NCBI RefSeq assembly: GCF_009914755.1
Contig: NC_060925.1
DNA from: the human T2T-CHM13v2.0 reference genome, Homo sapiens
Length of the DNA: 64,000 bases
Strand: one strand, 5' to 3'
Of the stretch, positions 1 to 30,993 are shown piece after piece. Made by a program: the position numbers and the translations under genes. Below the pieces are notes generated by a model. The model did not search any database. It saw only the letters and a list, made by a program, of their open reading frames with translations, and had not been told where the DNA came from. Every line of letters begins with the position of its first letter. Within the stretch, counting starts at the first letter, position 1.

Positions 1-8
1 TAACATAA

Positions 9-360
<352 letters not shown>

Positions 361-399
361 CATTACAACTCTTCATCAAATATTTCCAGCTGCCCTCCC

Positions 400-812
400 A
401 GGCACATAACAAAACTACACTTTCTCCATGCCCCCCGGCATTACATGAGACCACATGACTTGCTTTGGCCAGTGAGATATAAAAGGAAGTGACATATATC
501 CCTTCTGGCTTTTAGTTTCCACTAGTACTTGACTCATTACTCTGTTTCTCTCTGCAATGCTAACTGCCAGCTTTCTAGAACGATGGTTGAAGACTCTGTC
601 AGCCTGGGTCTCTGGGTGATAAAAAATGGGTATAGCCCACCTCCCACCTCCTTTGGGGGGTCTGAGGGGGTAAGACCCACCTCCTGATCCATATGGGACA
701 TGTATTACAAGTGACAAACTTTGGATGTGTTAATCCACTGAGATTAGGGAGGGCGGGTAAGGGGGATTGTTGTTGTGGGTACTAACTTATTACCTAGTCT
801 ATCCTGATTAGA
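400..812. mobile_element. Old MaLR (MLT1-like) LTR fragment
   Basis: ccacatgacttgctttggccagtgagat...ttaatccactgagatt..ttgttgtt motifs typical of MLT1. Confidence 0.6.
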
Positions 813-929
813 CAGACCAACTGATTCTAAAGTTAAAATAAAATGTAAGCAAACAAGAACAGCCAGGAATATTCTGAAAAAATAACAATGAAGAGGAACT
901 AGCCCTGCCAATAACAGCAAAAAAATAAA

Positions 930-1180
930 GACCTAATACTTATACAACACCAACTACAGGCTAAGTACTTTTCTAAGCACTTTATATAGCTTAACTAATT
1001 TAATCCTTGCATCAGCCCTCTATTAGATAGGTATCATTATCATCTCTATTTTACAAATAAGGACATTGAATTACAGGGATGTTGAATAACATGCCCAAGG
1101 TCACACAGCTAAGAAAGTGATAAAGACAAGACTCAAAGCTAGGCAGCTTAGTTCAAGTCTATACCCTTAACTACCATTAT
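930..1180. mobile_element. MIR SINE
   Basis: MIR core: attttacaaataagga..tgcccaaggtcacacagctaag. Confidence 0.8.
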
Positions 1181-3189
1181 ACATTATAATGTATACATGT
1201 ACATTATAAAAGTACAATAATTAAAACTGTGATATTGGCACATTATTTGACAGGCAAATTAAGAGAACATAAAGTGCAGAAATAGAATCAAATGCACACA
1301 GGATTTAGCATACAAAAAGGTGGATAAAAGCTTATTCAACACATGGTTATTCTGAAATCCCCACCCCCTTTCTATAAGCAATTCCAAATTCAAGGCATTT
1401 ATTCTATAGCCATACTAGCACATGTCTAAAATGACACATATTAGGGTTTGTACTAGGACACTGTTTACAACAGCAAAAAACTGAAAACAAAGTAATTATA
1501 TAATTCATCCACACAATGAAATGCTATGCATCCATTTAAAAAAAAAAAAAAAGCAAGTTCTTTATTTACTGACATGAAAGAATGTCCAACATAAGCTATA
1601 TAATAGCATCCATCTAGGGGGAAAAAAAAAGAATGGGGAGAATATACACGGATACAGGTACACATGCATAATATATCTCTGAAAGTATATACAACGAACT
1701 GGTGATTTGGATTGCCAAAATTTGGGTGGCTGAAGAAAAGGAGTGGCAGGAAGACTTCAAACTGTATCTCTTGAATTTTGAACCACATAAATGTACTGAC
1801 CCTTCAATAAACAAACAAATGATTTAAATTTTTTTAAAAAACTCAGCCATTTAGCAGCAGGGATAAATGCCGAAAGGATAGATTGAGAATTCTCTTGATA
1901 AAGGAGCTGAGCAGCCATTACACTCCACATACAAGCTGAAACTGAGAAAGCCAGCTGGAAGAAAGGAAAACTGAACAGATGTACAGAGCGAAAAAGAGAT
2001 GCCAAACCTTGCAGTTCCTGAAAGAGAGAGACAGAATATGCAGTCTTAATTTCTAATAGCTTGCCAGCTCCAGTTTCCAACAGGCACAGCTGTACAGTGA
2101 TGCCTGTCCATGGAGTGTCGTGATCCCCAGTATGCCCACATAACAACAGTCCCTTCCATTACCTTCTGAAGTCAGCTCCTCTGATTCTCCATTCTTTTCT
2201 TTCTTTTTTTTTTTTTTGTTAGGGCCTCTACCACTAGCTGTTCTATCTATCTGAATAAGAAGGTATTTTAGGATCATTTCAAAGTGTCCTTTGTGAGAGA
2301 GGAAAGAAAGATTGTGATTTACCCAAGTGAAGTGCTGGACGTATCCAATCAGAATGTTAGCATTAAAACGACAACTATACATTATAAGTCCAGAAGCACA
2401 GAAATCTGGTAATTAAGCCTAGGCACAGAACAAGCCTGATACAATATACTACCTTGTATTAAGGTCTCAAAATTCTCTCAGCCTTAACATTTTTTAATTT
2501 TTTAAAATTTATTTACAATTGTCTGAAACCTATTTCAACCAATAAAAATGTTAAAAAATAATGTTTAAAAAACAATAACAGCTATAACTTTTTGAGTACT
2601 TACCATTAATCATGCACTAGCTGAGAATTTTACATGTAATAATTCCTTAATTCTCATAACTCTATGAGGTAGGTATTATTAGCATACCTATTTTACTGGT
2701 GAGAAAAGGGACACATAGCGAATGAATAACTTGCCCAGGAATACATTATTTCTAAGGTCTCTTCAGGTTGTAAATTTTTTTATACCTATGTCAAGCTACC
2801 AAAATCAGAAATTTAACAGAGGATCTAAACCCACACAGACTGACACCAGAGTCCATGCCATTAACAGCATGTTTATAAATGATTACATCTCTGACTGATA
2901 TTGTCACAGAAAACACTCAATCAGAAAATCTAAATGCTTCATGAATTATTAGTGTAAGAAAACAAGGTCAGTAAAGTCATTCTAATTATCTCTTAAATAT
3001 CCTTTTTTTTTGAATAAGTATTTTCCTGGTAATAGCAGTTATCTACTTTCCCTTTATAAATATTTACTTCAGACTCAAGTCCACAAAATATCTGAGAAAG
3101 GCACAAAAATAGTACACGAAGACTAGCCTAAAAATAAATCAGTTATATTTATTAACCTTTAATAAAGTGAATTGTATATGTTATATATA

Positions 3190-3545
3190 TATTTTTTCAA
3201 CTTTTAAGTTCAGGGGGTACATGTGCAGATTTGTCACATGGGTAAATTGTGTGTCACTAAGGTTTGGGGTACGAATAATCCTGTCACTCAGGTAGTAAGC
3301 ACGGTGCCCAACAGGTTTTTCAACCCTTGCCCCCCCCATTCCTTCCCCTCTAATAGTTCCCAGTGTCTATTATTCCCACCTTTATGTCCATTTGTACTCA
3401 ATGCTCAGCTCCCACTTATAAGTGAGAACACAGGGTATTTGGTTTTCTGTTCCTGCATTAATTCACTTAGGATAATGGCCTTCAGCTGCATCCATGTTGC
3501 TGCAAAGGACATGATTTTGTTCTTTTTTATGGCTGCATGTATACA
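3190..3545 (-). mobile_element. L1PA-type 3' end fragment
   Basis: Minus strand encodes the ORF2p C-terminus IKKNKIMSFAATWMQLKAIILSELMQEQKTKYPVFSLISGS, followed by L1 3' UTR. Confidence 0.9.
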
Positions 3546-4069
3546 TTTGCTTTTTTCTCTTATCATATTATCATGAAGGCTTTGGGAAGACCGGAATATC
3601 AATGAGGGATATCTCCCCTCAGATGTAGCAGAGAATTGGGAAACAACAAAACTTACAATCAAGCTCTGCAACCTACTAGCTGTGTGGTCTGAAGGCAGAA
3701 GACAATCTTAGCCAAATGTCCTTGTCTGTAAAGCCAGAGAGTATGTTCAGCTCTTAGAGCAGTTCTGAGGATTAAATGAAGTAGTAGGATAATGTGTCTG
3801 ACACACAAGCACCCAATCCCTAAACCATTCTACCACTAAAGCACAACAGTTAAGAGTGTAATTTTTGGAGTTATATGCCTTGTTCTGAAAACTGTTTTCA
3901 TCATTTATCAGCTAAGAATTAAATGAGATAAAGTTTACAGAAATGTTGGCACATAAATGCTCAATGATGTAATAATACTACCAAAAGCAAAAAATAGGCA
4001 CTAACAAAAAATAACTAGAAACTAAATCTAGAAAAATGGGTTAGATTCTAGTCTTTCTGTGCTCTAAGA

Positions 4070-4590
4070 CTGGGTTCAGGGCACACTAGTCCAAAATACA
4101 GCACCTTGGCATTTGAGGAAACAGCAGAAGCAAAGAGGTCTCTCTGACCTTCTCCAGCCCTTCTCCTCTGAAGCAGACCATAGAAGAATTATCTCATCTT
4201 CTTCTCTGAAGTAGGTTATAAGACCCTCATTCCAGAGGTACCCTCCCTTTACTCAGAGGAAAGGAATGTCCTTATCTCTGAAGACACAGGGACATTGAGA
4301 AGACTATGACCAAACAAGCCTTGCTAAGTTCCCCCCAGGTTATTATCATTAGATCATTCTCCCTCTGTCCATCAGACTTCTACACGCTGTCCACTCTCCA
4401 TCAAACCTAACCCATAAAATTACATAAGTTTCCCTGTTGATTTGGGTCTTCATTTCTGAAGGCTCCATGTCACATAAAACTTAAATAAATTTGTATGTTC
4501 TTCTCACTAATCTGCCCTTTGCTGTAGTGGTCTCAGCCATGAACCTAGCAATGGATGAGGAAAAAATAACTACTTTTTCTCCCCATACAT
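4070..4590 (+). mobile_element. ERV1 solo LTR (MER31/LTR37-like; family uncertain)
   Basis: ccaaaatacagcaccttggcatttgag...ccttatctctgaagacacaggg...aataaa...ctccccataca. Confidence 0.7.
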
Positions 4591-4911
4591 CTACTGCTAA
4601 GCTATGGGTCCATAATCAACTTGTTTCAACTACCCAAGTATCATTTACCCATCTGTAATTCAAATATATTAGAATATATGACTTCTACAGTCTCTTCCAG
4701 TTCTAAATTTTTATACCTATGTCTCTCTAGCTACCAAAATCAAAAATTTTATCTTAAAAACAACCAACACCCTCATACAAATACTCACTCTCAGGAAAAA
4801 GAAAAACAAACCAGCAGGAGATTCAGAGAAATTCAGAGATTCAGAGAAATGACCCAAAATGGCCAGCTCTTAAACTGCAGCCAAACATTTCAAGTAATAA
4901 GAAACATGTTT

Positions 4912-6840
<1,929 letters not shown>

Positions 6841-6978
6841 TTAAATAACTGTTTACCAATCAATAACTGCAAAGAAAACTCAGATTAGTTCAAAGCACCT
6901 CCGTGGAATAAAATCTGCACTGTAACATGCCAGGTACAATATCTCTGAGTGTACAATGAGGAAAATACTCTCTCCTTA

Positions 6979-7328
6979 TGTATTTGTCCATTCTCACGCT
7001 ACTGTGAAGAAATACCAGAGACTGCATAATTTATAAAGGAAAGAGGTTTAACTGACTCCCAGTTCTACATGTCTGGGGAGGCCTCAGGAAACTTGAAATC
7101 ATGGTGGAAGGCACCTCTTCACAGGGCAGCAGGAGAGAGAACAGCCAAGTGAAGGGGAAAGCCCCTTATAAAACTATCAGACATGGTGAGAACTTACCAT
7201 CAGGAGAACAGCATGGGAGAAACTGCCTCCATGATTCAATCATCTCCACCTGGTTCTACCCTTGACACGTGGGGATTATTACAATTCAAGGTGAGATTTG
7301 GGTGGGGACACAGAGCCAAACCACATCA
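6979..7328. mobile_element. THE1D/MSTA-type MaLR solo LTR
   Basis: TG...CA termini; ggggaggcctcaggaaactt..aatcatggtggaagg; gagatttgggtggggacacagagccaaacca. Confidence 0.9.
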
Positions 7329-7440
7329 TCCTACTTGCTGAATATATCAATCATTTAAATACTACTGAGTGCCTGGCACCATTAAAGGTACAGGGACTAC
7401 AAGGGTGAACAAGACCAAGTTCCTGTTCTCACAGGTCTTA

Positions 7441-8715
<1,275 letters not shown>

Positions 8716-9019
8716 ATAGGGAGGAAATGGATGGGTGCTGCTAATTTTTTTTCCATTTTAAATCTTGTCATATTCTTTGACTTCTAAAACTGCCTGCATG
8801 TATTACTGTGGTAAAAATAACTAAAGAGTCCAGGCGTGGTGGCTCACACCTGTAATCCCAGTACATTGGGATGCTATAGGCAGGAGGATTGTTTGAGCCC
8901 AGGAGGCTGCAGTGAGCTATGATCATGCTACTACTGCACTCCAACCTGGGTGACAGAGTAAGACCCTATCTCTTAAAAGAAAAAAATTATCTAGAAATAT
9001 CAGTTTTAATAAAATAAAA

Positions 9020-10400
<1,381 letters not shown>

Positions 10401-10483
10401 CATGTCTAGTCTATATGCTTCTGAATTATTATTTTTTTAACCTTGAGATACCTTTGTATATTTTTATGCAACTGAAAAATGCA

Positions 10484-14379
<3,896 letters not shown>

Positions 14380-15459
14380 TAAACAAGCCTTTAAGAAGAA
14401 ACTTTACATCCAGAGGTAAAAATAACACAGAGAAGAAGAAAAAAAAAGGTCTTAAAGGATGTCAGATGAAGAAGGTTACAACAAAGTCATTTAAAAAAGT
14501 CATTAACTATTAACCAGCAAACAAATGGGCCAACTTAGAATGAAGTCTCTATCAACTTTAAATTTGCATTGGCCAGTGTTTCTGGTTCAAGTTCTTTGAT
14601 GGAAGAAAAAGATGTCTACAAGAACCAGGCACTACATATACTGATACCCAGTCCCTAAGACAAAGACAAATGGTCTAGAGAGGATATCACTTACCTTACA
14701 AGGAAGGTAGACCTAAAGTGATTTCAGATTCTCCTGTGATTTCAGATCCCCAAAATTCCCTTACCTTTTACTGCTTTCTGAAAGTCCTCTAATAAGAGTA
14801 GCTTAATAAGAAGAGAAAATGAAGTAATAAATATAAATGCTAAGGCAATTCTACACTTTGGCATGCCATCACAATGATAACAATAGCAGTGCTTAGGTTT
14901 ACAAAACATTTTCACATACAACTCATATAATCTTCACAATCATCTTGAGGTAAATAATGACAATAAAACTGATATTTATTGAGCACCACAGTGCCTGGCA
15001 CTTAAGAGTCTCGTACAATTTTATCACTTAATTATTTCAACAACCTGTTGTGAGGGATAAACCATGTACCAATGTCAGACACAAAGCAAGATTTATATCC
15101 AATTATAACTGATTTTAAAACCCACATTCTCTAAATCTCCACATTATGGCAAGACTTGGAGACAAAACTATCAGTCCCAGCTCTATCATTTAACAGCTAT
15201 GTAACCTCAAGAAGTCACTTAATTTTCTCAACTCTTCATCTACAAAATGGGAAGATTAATACCTGCTTCACCTATTTCAGAGTAGTTGTAAAGGTCAAGT
15301 GAGATGAAAGACATAAAAGGTCTTCTTCAAAAGCTCTAAAAACTACACAAACATTATCATTCCCTATTTTGAAAGAGACTGAAGTAAAGAGGAATAAAAA
15401 CATACAATGGTGGGGAGATGCTGGTTTTTCTTGTTTGGTTTTTGTTTTCCGTTTAAAGC

Positions 15460-20083
<4,624 letters not shown>

Positions 20084-20574
20084 AGAGTTGACAAAAAAAA
20101 TAGCAGATCTCAGAAAAGTCACACAGCACTCACTCCTTTCATACCAAAAATGGCTCTATTATTTTTGTTCCTTCTAAATTACATTCACAAAAATCACTTT
20201 TGGCAAGGCAAATTATTATCACAGCTTACCCACATATTATTAACGATAAAAAATGACCATTTTAGCTAAAGAAAGAAAAGTCCTGGACTCTGATAAACCA
20301 TTTCCATAATGTATGTACCTTTTTACTGATTAACTAAATGTATTATTTGGCTTATATTAAAACCTACATGTAAACCCAAGAGTCTAACAGACCTAACATT
20401 CATATATGAAATTATGTGCTAATACCTCAATATGGCAAACTCAAGACAGTAATTTGTACACTAGATTCGAGCACCTACATTTACCATGTAAAGGTCAAAT
20501 GATACATCCACTGAGAAGCTTTCGAATCTAATTCATTCATTCATTCATTCAATTCAGAATCTATCACATTTCTA

Positions 20575-20790
20575 AGTGGTGTCCTCAACTAGGGGCAATT
20601 CTGCCCCCCAAGAGATTTAACAATGTCTGGAGGCATTTTTATAACAAGTAAGGGGCAAAAAGAAGGTGCTACTGGCATCTAGTGGGTAGAGTCCAGGGAT
20701 GCTGCTAAACATCCTACAATGCACAGGACAGCCCCCCAAAACACAGAATTAGCCAGCCCAAAATATCAATGCCGCCGAGGTTAAGAAACT
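20575..20790. mobile_element. MER20 hAT-Charlie
   Basis: ggtgctactggcatctagtgggtagag.ccagggatgctgctaaacatcctacaatgcacaggacagcccccc. Confidence 0.92.
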
Positions 20791-20797
20791 ATGACGT

Positions 20798-21155
<358 letters not shown>

Positions 21156-21338
21156 TCACTGCACCTTTGTTTCCTATATTATTTGCTAATTCCTTTCTTT
21201 TCATACTAGTCTTTGGCAATAAACTCGACCTATTCCCATTTTTTCAATCAGCTTCTAACTTCCAAACTTGTCAATAGAATCTTCATCATCCCAGTTAGCC
21301 AGGTTCTAAATCCTGGTGTCATCTTTGAATTATCCCTA

Positions 21339-23454
<2,116 letters not shown>

Positions 23455-24262
23455 TCAAAATAATAGGTTTCAGACTACAGGGAGCATACATACATGTATG
23501 TATGTATATGGGCACACGCACACACTACAAAGGAAAACTTGTTCATATCCTGACTGACGTCCTAACCATGCCCACCAACCTCTAGCCCTTGCCAGCAATC
23601 TCAGAATTGTGTGTCCTACTCTGAAGCATAGTACAGAGGCTTTGGCAAAGCCTTTCATTTCTAGTAAAAACGAAATACAAAACAAAATAAACCACAAAAG
23701 CATGTCAAAAGTGATAAGATGATGCTAACTTCATCTTCCCTACAGAAAAGCATTTGACACTGTCCACAGTTCACTATCCTGACACTGCTCATCACCTAAC
23801 GTAAACACATACCTTGTACTCCACAATCTCCTGAAATTCAGTTCCCATTTCCCAATCCCTTAGGATACAACCCATTTCCCCTTCACTAACGACGGGTTTA
23901 TGCTCCCACCTCTGGGACTGAGCTAATACTGCCCTTCATCCTTCCCTCTCCTGAAGCTGCCATTCACTTTCTTTCTGCAGCCGCATAGTCCCGTCCCAGA
24001 GTAGAGGACAGACCATCCAGGGTCCCCAAACCCACTTCTCTTTCCTTCTCCGCCCCCGGGATCTGCCAGCCAGGCTAGAGACGCGAGGGGGGAGGGGTGT
24101 GACTCGCCTCCCAGGACTGGACCAGATGGCAGCGGATTCCGCCCCCACTCTCAGGCACCTTCCACCCTCCGACCCCTCGGGCAGCCCGTCCGCCACCCAC
24201 CCCGCCCCGACCCCACCCCCGGCCTCCCCCACGCTCTCATGCCGGCTCCCAGACACACTCAC

Positions 24263-24419
24263 CATGCTGGGTGAAGATATTGAAGCCGGTCTCTGTGGTG
24301 CGCCCCGCCGGGTCCCGCCTGCGGCCGGAGGGCCTGGCTGCACTGCTGCCCCGGATCCCGCGGGGCTGAGGCTGCTGGAGCCCCGGAGCTTCCCCGACGC
24401 GGCCCACCTGCTGCCCCAT
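24263..24419 (-). CDS. ABL2: ABL2 (ARG) first coding exon, isoform 1b N-terminus, 52 codons + 1 nt
   Basis: Translates to MGQQVGRVGEAPGLQQPQPRGIRGSSAARPSGRRRDPAGRTTETGFNIFTQH, which I recognise as the ABL2 1b N-terminus (Gly2 myristoylation). ATG at 24419-24417 in GGGATGG context. Ends at the canonical donor CATG|GTGAGT (GT at 24262-24261), phase 1. Confidence 0.97.
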
Positions 24420-24606
24420 CCCTGCTCTCGCGTACTCCCGCGCCCCCGCCGACCCCTGGTCACATTCCTCCTCGGCTCCGGCCTCGGGCTCCTGGCGCTG
24501 CTCCGGTCTCTCCCTCCCAGCCCAGGCCCTGGCCCTGAGCGGCTGGGCCACCGGCGGCTCCGCACCCGGCCTCCTCACGGCAGCCGCCGCGCTGCCTCCA
24601 GGCGAC

Positions 24607-24690
24607 TCACAGATTCTGCTTTTCCCTCCTCCTGTCGCGGCTCCGCGCCCCCAACGCCGCCGCCGCCGCCGCCGCCACCGCCGCCGCCAT
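24607..24690 (-). other. Candidate uORF, 27 aa: MAAAVAAAAAAALGARSRDRRREKQNL*
   Basis: ATG at 24690-24688 in strong context (AAGATGG), TGA at 24609-24607. Out of frame with the ABL2 CDS. Translation is not demonstrated. Confidence 0.5.
24655..24688 (-). repeat. (GCG/CCG)n trinucleotide repeat in the ABL2 5' leader, about 11 units with one interruption
   Basis: cgccgccgccgccgccgccgccaccgccgccgcc on the + strand. Confidence 0.95.
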
Positions 24691-26311
24691 CTTTAAACCA
24701 CCGAGCGCTGGGAAAGCGTGGGACAGAGCGTCTCCCGCCCCCCGCCCCCCGCCCCCCGCCCGCCAGTCACCTCCGCCGCGGGGAAGGAGGGCTTCCCGGC
24801 TGCCGCCCCGCCCTGCCGCGCCGCGCCCCCCGTCCCCGCCCCCGCCTCCTCGCAGGGTGGGTCCCCCAGTGCCCACCTCATTTGCCGGCCACCGCTGCTT
24901 GAGGTCTTTCGTCCTCCGCGTCCTGTCGCCGCACCTCGGCGTCCCCCCCCTCAATCCGCCTCAGCCGACCCCCTCCCGCGTTCGGCTCCACACGCTACCG
25001 CCTTTGGGGTTGGTCGGTCTCCGGCCTTCCCCATCCCACCTCCACCTGTCAAATGAGTGAGTCGAGGGCTCAGTGCCCCCGCGTGCGCAGCTCAGGTGCA
25101 GGCACAGGTGGGGCAGAAAAGCACAAGGCATTTATTTGGTCCTTGCCATCCAGTTAAGGAGCTCTAAAATACCCAGGGGGATCTCTTTTAAACACCCTTG
25201 TCAGCAGCAGGCCTCCAGTAAAAATTAAAATGGTATAAAATTTACAAGAAGAGAGTAAAATGCTACCTTATTTGATTTTAATTTTTGGAGATTATTTCAT
25301 GATGTTAAATCGCACTGGCCTGGATTGTGTGCCTTCTATAGTCTCATTGGGGACGCAATTGTAGCCCCATTCCTCATATTATATTACCATGAATTCCTCT
25401 TGAACTCCTTTACCATCTCACCATATGTGAGTTTCTGTTTCCTTACAATGCCTGACAGTAAAGTTAATCTTCCCACTGGCATCCTTTATACACTGTGCAC
25501 GTGGTCAGGTCTTCTTTTGATGACAAAGGAGAAAAAATATATATCTTTGACCCTGTTTCTGAGTCAGAACTTACTCATTTTAGCTTATGCAGTCTAAAGA
25601 GAGTGAATGAGGCAGAAAAGAAGCGTTTTATACATACACATATACTATATACAATTGACTCGCCATCCCCCTCTCCCACTGTGTTTACTTGCATCTTAAT
25701 TCAATTTTTTTTAATTCTCAAAAATCTTGATCATTCTCCTGTTATTCTTTTGGCTTCCCAATTTGCTTTATAAAAAGTATCAGTTAATGGAGGTACTACA
25801 CTGAAATTTTGCTTAAATTAGACAGGACGGGAGCCACTGCAAAGAAGGAACAAAACAACCACTGGAAATGTAGGGTTGGGAGAAGAGGTGGATGAAGCTC
25901 TCCTTTGCATATCTTTCCTGAACCAGGTTGACCTTAGATGAACCATCCACTGACGTAGATATTGCCTGTTGTAAAAGCACTATGAAATTATTCCATTGCC
26001 ATCTAGGGTGTAGCCAGAAATAACTGAAATTAACTCCAAAATGGGAACGGAAACACTATGTGTAAACACTGGATAAAATATGAACTTTCCATTTGGATTA
26101 AAGTTTCCCTGTGTTTAAAATACCTGTCTTTTCTTCTAATTCCCAGTGTTTGCAACTACTGAAAAAAATTCATTCGAAAGGGATAAAGATGTCACAGAGC
26201 CGGAATTTGGTTTACTGTTTGATTTTTATTATGGGAGAAAATTTTAATTTGGGGATAATGGTTTGGTTTCTCTGCTAATTCATGCATACTATATAAAGAT
26301 AGATGAATATA

Positions 26312-26624
26312 TGGGTTGAACATCTCAAATCTGAAAATCCAAAATGCTGCAAAATTCGAAATTTTTTGAGCACCAATATGATGCCAGAGGTGGAACATTT
26401 CACGTAAGTACTTAACATAAACTTTGTTTCATGCACAAAATTTTTAAAATATTGTATTAAATTGCATTCAAGCTATGTGTATAAAGGTGTATATGAAACA
26501 TAAATGAATTTTGTGTTTAGACTTGGGTCGCATGCCCAAGATATCTCATTATGTGTGTGTAAATATTCCCAAATCTGAAACACTTGTGGTCCGAACATTT
26601 CTGATAAGGGCTGCTCAGCCTGCA
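26312..26624. mobile_element. Tigger4/MER46-type TcMar DNA transposon, followed by a MIR (about 26625-26840)
   Basis: gggttgaacatctcaaatctgaaaatccaaaatgct...catttctgataagggctgctcagcctg; inverted-repeat-like ends. Confidence 0.85.
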
Positions 26625-27415
26625 GTAGAGTGCAGTGGCTAAGGGCAGGGGCTCTGAAGCCAGACTGCTTGGGTTCATAACTTGGCCCTGATACTTATGG
26701 ACTATTTGATCTGGGCAAAGTACATAACCTTTTTGTGTCTCAGTACATTATCTGTAAACTGATGATGATAACAAATAGTATCTACCTTATAGGAATATTG
26801 TGAAAATTAAATTAGTCAATATATATGTATAGTACTTAAAACAGTATTTGGCATATAACTGGTGTCATATATGCATATACTATTAATACAAAAAACATAA
26901 TGGTTTTAGGTTTTACAAGCCTAACTTTTTCAAATTTTATATATATATATATATATATAAATTTGAGCAATGGCCAGAGGCCAGCATAAAAGATCAGACA
27001 CATCACCAACAGCAGTAAGGCGTGCTGAAGACACAGATACTCTTCATCCTCATCATCCTTATCACAGGAGCAACACCACTCTCTCCAGAAGGAAGGAGCT
27101 TGTGAGTAATGCCTCACCAATCCCTGACTTCACCAGTCTGCATTTCTAGGCTATTGCCATACTTTTTACAGTTTTACAGTATCTCTCATATCTACCTCTT
27201 CCCTTCATCTATATAAACAGCGTTATGTAAGACACAGTGTTAGCTTAGGCATCTCTGCGCTGGTTTCTCCCGCTACTAGCCCTTTCTTCCTAGAGATTCC
27301 TCACCTTTAGCACCAAGCAACTCACTCAAAGAAACTGCTTCTCTCATTGCTTTGACCACACTCTCCCTCTCATTCATTATGTACAAAGTCTTAAGTCTAA
27401 AATTTTCACCTAATG

Positions 27416-30993
<3,578 letters not shown>

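Larger units (their letters stand above)
24420..24700 (-). other. ABL2: ABL2 exon 1 5' UTR (TSS approximate)
   Basis: GC-rich leader upstream of the ATG. YY1/TISU-like AAGATGGCGGC at about 24683-24693, just downstream of a GC-box cluster. The TSS position is inferred. Confidence 0.7.
23980..25110. promoter_or_regulatory. CpG island / TATA-less ABL2 promoter
   Basis: Dense CpG and very high GC. Multiple Sp1/KLF GC boxes (CCCGCCC, 24734-24846). NRF1-like CGCGTGCGCA at 25080-25089. E-boxes CACCTG (25043) and CAGGTG (25093, 25105). Confidence 0.92.

Noticed and set aside
23936-25060. Long overlapping ORFs in the CpG island (267 aa on +, 209 aa on -, others)
   Set aside because: Pro/Arg/Gly/Ala-rich products of stop-poor GC-rich DNA, mostly with non-ATG starts; only the ABL2 frame is recognisable
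26990-27110. Possible + strand exon ending CTT|GTGAGT (divergent lncRNA) and acidic DKDDEDEE stretch on the minus strand
   Set aside because: No clear acceptor or homology; a single motif is not enough
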